Of a stretch of 64,000 nt of DNA, positions 23,927-35,083 are shown in pieces. This DNA comes from Octopus sinensis (taxonomy: Eukaryota). Position 1 is the first letter of the stretch; each line of letters begins with the position of its first letter. The DNA lies in NCBI RefSeq assembly GCF_006345805.1, contig NC_042999.1, positions 40,734,001-40,798,000 on the forward strand. Direction: 5' to 3'. The notes below the pieces were generated by a model. The model ran no database searches. It had not been told where the DNA came from and saw only the letters and a list, made by a program, of their open reading frames with translations. The position numbers were made by a program, and so were the translations under genes.

Positions 23927-24535
23927 TGCCGGTCAAGTAGTGTGGAGCGACTGACCTCCCTTGTTCGAAGGTTATATGGATACAGTTTGTGTATCAAATA
24001 GCTAACTTAAGGCGATGGCCTCATGGAGCTAATAAGCGGACAGCTTTTTTCTTATTTTTATAAGAATGCCATATTAGTATGGCGATAACTATTATTTTAT
24101 AAATATATATATATTTGTATATATATATATGGAAATATATATATGCGAAAGAAGTGTGCAAAATTACTAATCCAAATCTTGATAAACATATTGTCGAAGC
24201 TACGCTGTGTGTATGTGTGTGTGTGTGTGCGTGCGTGCTTGTGCGCGTGATGGTGTGTGCATATACGTGTGTGTGCGTGCGTGCGTATTACGAACACTGA
24301 AATATAACACAATATATCTTTAATATAAATCATGTTGGTGAATGGCATTAAAGTGTGTCTGGTTTGTGTTTGCATTGCATATCAAATGTATATATATATA
24401 TACTTATGTAAATGTATGTGTGTATGTGTATATAATTATATATATATATCTACATATTGCCTAGCGATGCATTAAAATATTTATAAATTCCATCCAAGGA
24501 TTATTGCTATTAATATTACTAAATACATACATACG

Positions 24536-24572
<37 letters not shown>

Positions 24573-24752
24573 GTTTGTATGTATGTATATGTATATATAT
24601 ATGTATTTATACGTATATATATATGTATGTATATGTATATATGTATATACATACTCACATATATAAGTGTATACACACACACGCAAATACACTCATACAC
24701 ACATACACACATATATATATATATACATATGTGCATATACACATATATACAT

Positions 24753-24796
<44 letters not shown>

Positions 24797-25051
24797 GTGT
24801 ATATACACATATATACATATATATACATACATATATATATATCTATAAATAAATACACACACACACATATATATATATGTACATCACCTAAATACATACA
24901 TACTCACATATATGTGTGTATATACATATATGTGTATATACACACACATGCACACACCCATACACGCATACACTTACATACATTTATATATATATATACA
25001 TATATATATATATGCATATACACACACACATATATATATATACATATACGC

Positions 25052-25084
<33 letters not shown>

Positions 25085-25306
25085 CGCATATATATATATA
25101 TATATACATATACGCATATATATATATATGTATGAATACACACACACACACGCGCACACACACACACACATATATATTTATATATGTACGCCGCAGCATG
25201 ATAGCCGTCCAATGCTCCAAACATGTAAGAGATAAAAGACCCACACACACACACAAACTCAGACACATCTTTGTGTCTGTGTGTCCATGCGCGTGAGTGA
25301 GTGTGC

Positions 25307-25370
<64 letters not shown>

Positions 25371-25676
25371 ATCTCAAGTATTCAGAGTTGAAGGAATACA
25401 TATATGTGTCAAAGATGGAATGTTTAAAGAGATCTTAAGGAAGGCGGTTAAAAGGCTGATGGTTAGCGGTTGCCGAGTGTTTGCCGGCGATGATGACAGA
25501 ACGTGTTCGACTGAAGTAGTTGAGTGAAATGAAATCTGAGATTAAAATACTAAAACAGATGTTTTACATTCTTTCTTTGTTATCTCTCTCACAATATATA
25601 TTCCACTAAAATTTCAAGGAATTGAAGTACAACGAGACATGTAATGACACGGTGGTACATATTCCCATACACCCAT

Positions 25677-25710
<34 letters not shown>

Positions 25711-25815
25711 ATATATATATACATGCATATCCACAGAGTATACAAATGCACGTGCATACAAATATGTGTGTGCGTGAGTGTGTGTTTGTGTGCGTATGTA
25801 TATATATATATATAT

Positions 25816-26090
25816 AAATCAAATATAAAATATAAAATATAATTACAAAGTGGGACAAGAACGCAAAACATACAAAGAGACGACACAAAAAAACATACGG
25901 GTCACTCGAAGCCTCTAATCTTCAGTCGGAACCGGATCATCGAGATTAAACAGTTGAAATTGCTAAGATGATCCGGTTCCGACTGAAGATTGGAGGCTTC
26001 GAGTGACCCGTCTGTTTGTGTCGTCTCTTTGTGTGTTTTTGCGTTCTTGTCCCACTTTGTAATTTATATTTTATATTTTATATTTGATTT
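25816..26090. repeat. Inverted repeat, ~125 bp arms, 25 nt spacer
   Basis: 25816-25941 versus 25967-26090; the inner 43 bp have a single mismatch. Confidence 0.9.
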
Positions 26091-26140
26091 CTATATATAT
26101 ATTACGCGGCGTAACGTACCCTTATCTCCTATGTATACAT

Positions 26141-26206
<66 letters not shown>

Positions 26207-26344
26207 CGGAGATGTACTTGCATAGCGAGTGACTTGATCTGAGATCGTGTGCTGGGACGAAAACAATTGCAGCGTGGAAAGTGTTTATAAGCCATTTAAG
26301 AAACACACAAAAACCGTTAGACTCACTCTAACGTTCACATTTAA

Positions 26345-26395
26345 TTTATCAAAATATTTTCGTCGCTTTGAGACGGTGACCTGTTCAATGACAAA
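26345..26395 (-). ncRNA. Degenerate hammerhead-like motif
   Basis: UUUGUCA-UUGAACAG-GUCAC..GCGAC-GAA-AAUAUU-U-UGAUAAA: helices I-III fit, but the core is 8 nt and non-canonical. Confidence 0.4.
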
Positions 26396-26964
26396 ACTTC
26401 GTGCTGCATGAGATGCAGCACGAAATGTTTTTATGTAACCTATTTTTTGACTTATCACAGATGATATACATATTTTATCTTCTTGTCAAAGACTCTATTA
26501 CTTAATTGAGATATATTCATGTAAACCAATTTTTCTTCCTATCATTATAAAAAAAAATTATTACCTGATTTGAATGTCTTTATGTAAACTATATTTTGAC
26601 TCATCACAGAGGATACACAAAGCTTCAAACCTTTTCTTATCAAAGACTCAATCACTTGAGTTGAATACATTTTTGTAAACACATTTTTGACACCACGAGG
26701 ATACACAAAACCTCACACTTTGCTTCTGAAAATCTTTTTTCAATAAGTGAAACTGGTTAAGTTAATTAATACTTTTAAAAGACTCCTGCATTTTGAGATG
26801 CTTTTCCTTATATGTTTACTTGTGCAATAACCCCTAACTTTACTTGTTATATACATACATGCATACATACATACATACATACATATATATATGTGTGTGT
26901 GTGTTTGTGTATGTATGTATGTATGTATGTATGTATGTATGTATGTATGTATTATGTATGTATG

Positions 26965-27036
<72 letters not shown>

Positions 27037-27065
27037 ATATATATTATATATATATATATATAACC

Positions 27066-27622
27066 ATGATAAATCTCAGAGCGAGTTATAAACAGTAGCA
27101 GCAACACATCGTGACGTATATTTGCCATTTGAATATGGCTAACCCCTAAGGGTGGATGCTACTGTAGTTGTAGCCCCAGGAGGACACCTCCTCCAGCTGG
27201 CTATAGACACACTTTCTGTGCCCTATCAGTATTTGGGGTTAGCCATATTCAAATGGCAAATATACGTCACGATGTGTTGCTGCTACTGTTTATAACTCGC
27301 TCTGAGATTTATCATTGTTTGATTTCACTTTTTCAATATCAGTGTCAATCGATACTGGAAAAAGTATATGTATTTGTGAAGGGAACCGACTTCTCATCGA
27401 CAACTATGATTGTCACACGCCGATAACGGGTCAATACCCTGAAACTCGAGTCTGTGTGTATCATAAGTTGAAGACGGGAAGGATGGCTTCCCTTCGCAAA
27501 TACTGATAGGGCACAGAAAGTGTGTCTATAGCCAGCTGGAGGAGGTGTCCTCCTGGGGCTACAAACTACAGTAGCATCCACCCTTAGGGGTTAGCCATAT
27601 TCAAATGGCAAATAAACGTCAC
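27066..27622. repeat. Nested inverted repeats: 81 bp arms 27066-27146 / 27235-27315, and 27111-27235 inverted again at 27497-27622
   Basis: Direct reverse-complement comparison. Confidence 0.9.
27414..27458 (+). ncRNA. Decayed hammerhead motif
   Basis: CACACG-CCGAUAA-CGGGU CAAU ACCCU-GAAA-CUCGAG-UC-UGUGUG: helix I and palindrome ACUCGAGU intact, core mutated. Confidence 0.5.
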
Positions 27623-27655
<33 letters not shown>

Positions 27656-28042
27656 TATCCAATATATACGACGGGCTTCTCCAGTTCCCGAAATCCACTC
27701 ACAAGTCTTTGGTCGGCCCACAGCTATAGCAGAAGACACTTGACCCAGGTTCCACACAGTGGAACTGAACCGGAAGCATGCGGTTGGGAAGCAAGCTTCA
27801 CACACATAATTACATGCATATACACATACATAATGATTTTTCTACGGGATATAGTGTTCTCTGATATTATGTAACTTATTTGTCATATTTGCACTAGTTT
27901 AAGTTATAAGCTTATTTGACTGTAGATTGTTTGCACTGTAATGAAAACAGAATTTGAAATCTCAGGTGTTCTGTATCCAACACGTACTCACTGATCACGA
28001 TGCCTGTATGTACACGAGATTTTATATCATGTATTTCATCGT

Positions 28043-28350
28043 TGTGTGGAGGCGCAATGACCCAGTTGTTAGGACAGCAGACTCGCGGTCGGAGGATCGC
28101 GTTTTCGATTCCCACACCGGGCGTTGTGTGTGTTTATTGAGCGATAACACCTAAAACCTCCACGAGGCACAGGCAGGGGGTGGTGGCGACCCCTGTCGTA
28201 CTCTTTAGCCACAACTTTCTCTCACTCTCTCTTCCTGTTTCTTGAGTAATGCTGCGATGGACTGGCATCCCGTCCAGCTGGGAGGAACACATATGCCACA
28301 GAAACCGGGAAACCGGGCCCATGAGCCTGGCTAGGCTTGAAAAGGGCGAC
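28043..28350 (+). mobile_element. SINE family D (tRNA-like head, GCTGCGATGGACTGGCATCCCGTCCAG tail block)
   Basis: Decayed A/B boxes (TGACCCAGTTG, TTCGATTCCC) and a tail block I recall from aquatic-animal SINEs. Confidence 0.6.
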
Positions 28351-29119
28351 GAAGATAAGTATTTCATAGTTGTATACTAGCATATGTTAATACAGAACTT
28401 TAAAAAGCTGCCCCTAATTTAGAATGTATGCTTAGCTTTTTAGTAGAGATAATATTTAAAAGCGGCTATACCACATATCTATTTCCTCAGTACGCAGACA
28501 AAATAGTATAATCTGACTTGTTTTTATTTTATTAGACCATCATTACAGAGAGCGTACAACTCTAGTGTCCATACAGAGCTTATAAGCTTATAGCTATTTA
28601 CAGTCTATATAAACTTGAAGAAAGCTAAACAGTTTTAACAGTGCAAGCAATGAAATCTTCGATTAATTAATTAAGTTGCCAAAATGTGTTATTTTAAGCG
28701 CAGAGCTTGACAGATGATAGACTTTCCGACGTAATGCTGAAAAGTGTGTGAAAATTATCTAAGGAATAATTATGTGATGATAACGAAGTTATGCCGTGTT
28801 GGTGCTGGTTACTAAATCATTCTTTGAATGAATTAGCTACTTATGTTTATATAGGTAAATGGAGAGACGAATTTATATTTGTGGTGGAATATACAATTTC
28901 TTTTATTTCGCAGTTTCCTTGGGAGGAATATATTTTAGTATCTGTAGAATTATAGTTGAGAGTATTATTTATCTTGTATTTTTATGATTTTGCTTGTTTC
29001 AGTTATTGGACTTTGGCCATGATAGGGGGGGGGGGGCACCGCTTCAGGTGTTTTAGTTAAAAAATCGCTTCCACTACTTATTTTTTGAAAGCCTGGATTT
29101 TATTCTGTCGACATCTTAT

Positions 29120-29204
29120 ACTGAACCGCTAATTCACGGAGATGTCAACACACCAACACCGTTTGTCAAGCGGTGATGGCGGAAGAGCAAACACAGGCAC
29201 AAAG

Positions 29205-29242
<38 letters not shown>

Positions 29243-29395
29243 GGCGGGCTTCTTTCAGTTTAAGTCTACGAAATCTACTCACGAGGCTTTGGTCGGCCCG
29301 AGGCTATAGTAGAAGACACTTGCCCAAAGTGGCAGTGGGACTGAACCCGGAAGCATGTGGTTGGGAAGCCAGCTTCTTACCACAATGCAACGCCT
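29120..29395 (-). mobile_element. SINE family B
   Basis: Matches family B blocks around an internal (CA)n(TA)n. Confidence 0.75.
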
Positions 29396-29483
29396 CGACG
29401 TGTATGACTATATATCTGCATATGTATATATGCATATATATATATATAATTGCAATGCGGATCAAATAATTCAGGAGAAACTA

Positions 29484-30772
29484 TTAGATTGGCAACTAAG
29501 TTCACACCGTTATTTTTTAAAGTTTGGAATTTATTGCGCTTTTAAATTTTAGAATCTATTTTTATCGAAAATTCTATTTTTGAATCATTTTGGAATCTAT
29601 TTTGTTTTCTTCTAGTTAATTTTAGTAAATTTTTAGATCACGAAAATGGAATGTCAAGTTAAGAAAAACGAGCATTTTCGACACCTCCATTTTACTTTTA
29701 ATCAAGGCTCTGAGGCCGCAAAAGCTGCTCGCGACATTTGAGCTATGTATGGAAAAGGTGCCATAGCTAGAAGAACTACTCGTGATTGGTATGCCAAGTT
29801 CAAAAGTGGAAATTTTGACCTCAAAGACGCACCTCGTTCTGGCCGTCCAGTTGAGTTCGATGAGGAGCGATTAAACCGACTTTTGCACGAAAATTCTCGT
29901 CAAACGACAAAAGAACTGGCAGAGAAAATGGAATACTCCCACACTGCTATAAAGGAGCATCTTCACTCGATATGAAAGGTTCAGAAGTATGGAGCATCAG
30001 TTCCGCATGCTTTAAGTGAAACAAAAAAAATCAACTAGCCACAATCTCCGCTGGTTTGCTTGCTCGTTACCGTTCAACTCATGGACACAAGCAACGATTT
30101 CTTTATCGAATCGTTACTGGCGACGAAAAATGGTGCCTGTACATCATTATGAAGCAGCGTAAGGAATGGCTTAGCCCAGGTAAACAAGCGACACCGCGAG
30201 TGAAACAAGATCTTCATCCGCGTAAAACGATGTTACGCGTATGGTGGGACTGGGAAGGGATTATCCATTACGAATTGCTTGAACGGAACCAAACGATCAA
30301 CGCGGAACTGTATGTTCAACAGATGGAACGACTCAACACGGCTATTCAAGAGAAAAGACCTAATCAACAGCACGGAGTTCTTCTGCTGCATGGCAACGCC
30401 CGCCCTCATATCATCAATATGACCAAGGAAGCCATTCAAATGCATGGCTGGGAAGTACTGCCACACCCGCCGTACTCTCCTGATTTGGCAGCAACGGATT
30501 TCCATCTCTTTCGATCTCTTTCAAATGATATGCGCGGAGTTTCGTTCAGTACTGATGCAGAATTGAGAGCTTGGTTGGATTAATTTTTTTAGTCGAAATA
30601 GGGTAATTCCTACGAACGGGGTATTGAAAATCTTGTTGAACGTTGGGGAGGAGTTCTAAACAAGAAGGCTGAATACATTATTGATTAATTAATTGTTACA
30701 TTTATATTAAAACTTTTTAAAGATTTAAATTTTAAAAAAAATGGCGGTAACTAAGTTGCCAACGCAACCCAA
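29484..30772 (+). mobile_element. Full-length mariner DNA transposon (1289 bp, TA-flanked, ~30 bp TIRs), decayed
   Basis: TA|TTAGATTGGCAACTAAGTT... and ...AACTAAGTTGCCAACGCAACCCAA|TA; transposase between them. Confidence 0.95.
29646..30688 (+). pseudogene. Mariner D,D34D transposase pseudogene
   Basis: HTH region (AARDI*AMYG..TTRDWYAKFKSGNFDL), PRSGRP, VPHAL, VTGDEKW, HGNARPH (second catalytic D mutated to G), YSPDLAATDFHLF; in-frame stops and frameshifts. Confidence 0.95.
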
Positions 30773-30937
30773 TATTTGCGAAGATATCATTGACTCTATT
30801 ATCATCTAGTGTTACAATTTTAAAATGATAATAACAGAATCAATAATATAAGCGATTGCAGCCTCTTCTCAAAAAAAACATTAAATATCTGAAAGATTAA
30901 AATTAATCAAAGGACATAGTAAGTATGTCCTTTGATT

Positions 30938-31009
<72 letters not shown>

Positions 31010-32369
31010 CGTGTACGGCAGGATTCTTTCAGTTACTGTCTATCCAAATCCACTCACAAGACTGTGGTCAACTCGAAGCTTAAGTAAAAGTAACTGACCC
31101 GGAAATGTCACGCAACGATACTAAACCCGAAATTATATAACTGGGAAGCAAATATCTTGCCACCTGATCCAAATTTTATCAGCATTATATATTTGTTTCT
31201 ATAGAATGAATATATTTTGTTATTTGTAGAATTCCATTTCGGGGAAAATTTTTTGAAGGTGTATTTCACTTTTATTTCTATTTTGAAGTTTACTCATATT
31301 TGTGTATCGCATTCTAGTTTTAAATATTAAAGACCTAATTGTTTGCTAACAATTTCTTTTATTTAGTAGCTTCCTCGGAGGAATCATATTTCAGTATTTT
31401 TAGAATTATGGCTTAGAGAATTTTTCTTGCGTATATTTGAATTTTAAATTTTATTTGGATTATATTTGACTACTGGAAATTTTGTTATTATTTGTTTTTT
31501 CTCGGAGTGAATATATTTCTATATTTGCAGAATTGAAGTTGGAATTTTCTTCAGTATATCTGATTTTTTAAATTTTCGTTGTTGTCTTGATTTTAATTTC
31601 ATTTGTATATTGGATTTTATTTTTGAAACATTATAGATATTAATTGCTTGGGCGATGAGTGACCGATATAAAACCCTTCTGAAAATATTTAAATTTCCAT
31701 ACATGGAAATGGAAATTTTAGATAAGCACAGGTGTAGCTGTGTGGTAAGAAGCTTGCTTCCCAACCACATGGTTCCGGGTTAAGTTCCATTGCGTGGTAC
31801 CTTGAGTAAGTGTTTCCTAAATCATCGGGCCGACCAAATACTTATTAGGCGTTAGGTACACGTCATTGAATTCGTATCATTTACAGCAGTATGCCCATGA
31901 TCGTTTGCGATGTACGGCAAGAAGAGCCATGCAATACATCATTATTATTTGATCACTGAGATGGTGAGGCTAAGGTGTTGCAACATAAAAGGACTAATAA
32001 ACGCTATCGTTAAAAATTTAATTTATAGGAAAACTAAGAAAATATGTAAAATATTTTTGTCAAATATTCTCACTGCACTCACGTGTCTCCAGTATAATGA
32101 GTTTTAAAGGAAAGCGCCTGCTTCTAAGATACGTATATGTATTACTATATGTATGTACGTTTATAATTTCGCATGGAACGAGCAGAAAGGAGGATTATTA
32201 TAAATGTATTGTAGTGTTCATTGTCAGAACTAAACTTCACTCATCGAGTGTCTGAATGAACTTCAGTACTTTAGTGTGTGTTTGTGTGTGTCTGTGTGCG
32301 TGTGTGTGTGTGAGAGAGAGATAGAGAGCGAGCGAGAGAGAGTGAGTGTGTGAGTGTGTATTTGTGTGT

Positions 32370-32706
32370 ATCTGCGTGGCATCTTGGGCAAGTGTCTTCT
32401 ACTAAATCTTCGGGCCGACAAAAGCCTTGTGAGTGGACTTGGTAAACGGAAACTGAGAGAAGCCCGTCGTATATATGTTTATATGTATGTGTGTGTATAT
32501 GTTTGTGTGTGTTTGTCCCCCCGACATCACTTGACAACCGATGCTGGTATGTTTACGTACCCGTAACTTAGCGGTTCGGCAAAAGAGACCGATAGAATAA
32601 GTACTGGGCTTACAAGGAATAAGTTCTGGGGTTCGATTTGCTCGACTAATGGTGGTGCCCCAGCATGGCCACAGACAAATGACTGAAACAAGTAAAAGAG
32701 TAAAAG
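32370..32706 (+). mobile_element. SINE family B, 5'-truncated (related pieces at 31010-31160, 31728-31845, 40660-40820, 48480-48640)
   Basis: CTTGGGCAAGTGTCTTCTACTA..GGAAACTGA.AGAAGCCCGTCGTAT..TGACTGAAACAAGTAAAAGAG. Confidence 0.85.
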
Positions 32707-33711
32707 AGATACAGTAGAATATTAAAAAGAATGTTCTTGATACAGTATTGTATTTTTTTTAAATGACTAGAGTTGGCTTTTGGGGATAATTTTTATTTTA
32801 ATGATAAATTAAACATTATCATTGTCCCCTCCCCCCAAAAAAAATTTATTCTTATCCCAAAAAGCCATCTCTACTCATTTTTCAGACACACAAACACACA
32901 TGCATAGAGCCATACACGAATACATACAATATATATATATATATATGCACGAGTGCACATATGTGAATGCGTATACATATGACTTCAAACATAAACACAT
33001 CCACACTTACATGCAGACGCACGCACACATACTCAAACAAAACGCGCACACACACACATATACATGTATTTATATATATATACGCACATATACACATTTA
33101 CATATATTGTTATATGTACAGATATAATTGTATTAATACACGCAAATGCACGGATAGAATTACTGATACGTGTACCACAGTAGTGATGACAAAAGATAAG
33201 AAAGAAGTATTTTGGGAATAGTTGAAAGTGTGTGACAATCCTCTACAGAACTCTACCTTAATCAACATCTTTGATGTCTTTGGACACAAAAGTGTACAAA
33301 TCCCGATAATTCCTTCCCGCAGCTGCTATGAATATCTTCCATAGAAATCTTTTATATAGCCGCACAAATCTTACCAAACGATCTTTAGCAGCCATTGCCT
33401 GAAGACATTACGTAGGCGTGCTTGTCTGTTCACGTACGCATGTGTATGCATGTTTATGCTGTGAGCTCACGTTTAGGTTTGTGTGTGTGTGTGTATGTGT
33501 GTGTGTGTAAGTAAGTAAGTGCATGCATAGACATACACACACATGTATGGATATACATACATAAACATGTGTGCATTTATGTGTATGTTTGTGAGGAGAT
33601 AAATTCAAATGTATGTATGGGGATATATATACTACAGACATACATGCATGTATATATACGACATACATACATTTATACATACATACATTTATACATACAT
33701 ACATACATACA

Positions 33712-33747
<36 letters not shown>

Positions 33748-33881
33748 TGCATGTATATACGCGTGGTAAAGGTATATAATATTATATATATATAATAAAT
33801 CTCTGAGCGAGGTATATATATATACATGCAAGCATGCATACATATATACATACATACATACATACATACATACATACATAC

Positions 33882-33912
<31 letters not shown>

Positions 33913-34491
33913 CATGTGATATATGTGCATATGAGCGAGAGACCAGACAGAGAATTGAAACATAGTTGATTCGACAGATATATAGATAGTTACACAGAAT
34001 CAGGGTAAACATGTATTTGTATTACAGAAAACACATTACAAATCTATGTATGAGCTTACGTATATGTATAAATATTCATTGAAATTATTACAGCGGTTGT
34101 GCGATGACACACCTTATATATGTTTATCAGTGTTTTCTTGTTGTTGCACTCGAAGAGATAATAATAATCGAGTTTGATTGTTATTATCTTGTAGGAACCT
34201 GATCTTAGTTTTTAGATGGTTCATACAAACAGATATCTTTGAAACCAAAAGCTATTTTGTTGCTTAGAAGAACGTAAACAACGCAATTAATTCCACTTTT
34301 TGACTGGCTCTCAAAGTCTCAATAACAGAAAACTGGAATGAAATGGAATAGAACGAGGTAAGTCGCTTTCCTCAGTATTCGAAATCAGTGTCAAGTAATA
34401 CTGAATTATATAGCTTAAAATATTTTCTCCAAGGGATTTTCCGATATTTAAGCATCTTTCAACTGTATGTAAGAATTGATACCCATACACA

Positions 34492-34534
<43 letters not shown>

Positions 34535-34794
34535 ACCACACACACACACATACACACACACACATATAGCTTGTTTATTCCATACATTATTTGTTTCATT
34601 CATTGAACTGCGAACATGCGGGGACACACCCTTAAAGGATTTAATCGAACAGAAATCGACCACGGTATCAGTTTTCTCAAGTTCATACTTACTCTATCGG
34701 TTTCTTTCGACAAACCATGACGGCATGGGTACGTAAACAAACCAACGCCGGTTGTGAAGTCTTTGCGTCAGAAACACACACACGCGTATATTAC

Positions 34795-34831
<37 letters not shown>

Positions 34832-35040
34832 TATACAGTATATATATATATATATATATATAATAATAAATATTAGGGAATAAATCCAAATTTACAGGGA
34901 AAAAATCAGATTTAGGATTAAATCCAATTTTATAGTAAAATATTATAAAATATTATTAGAGACAAAACCACTATTTTGCAAAACAAACAAGGAAAGACTT
35001 AATCAATACATAAAATTTTAATAAATAGTCAAAAAAACCG

Positions 35041-35083
35041 CCACTACAATTGTTTCTTGTCTTGATCGACAATCTTCAGGTGG
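35041..35083 (-). ncRNA. Minimal type I hammerhead ribozyme, canonical
   Basis: Reverse complement of 39327-39369. Confidence 0.85.

Larger units (their letters stand above)
23446..24098. repeat. Nested perfect inverted repeat (Penelope-like pLTR fold-back): 254 bp arms 23504-23757 / 23845-24098 plus 44 bp arms 23446-23489 / 23752-23795
   Basis: Arms compared base by base are reverse complements; each long arm carries a hammerhead. Confidence 0.92.

Noticed and set aside
25967-26020. CTGAAGA within the hairpin as a hammerhead core
   Set aside because: No GAAA, helix III or helix I partner follows.
34195-34364. Candidate exon ending in a perfect donor AG|GTAAGT at 34358
   Set aside because: All three frames contain stops; at best a non-coding exon, unsupported.
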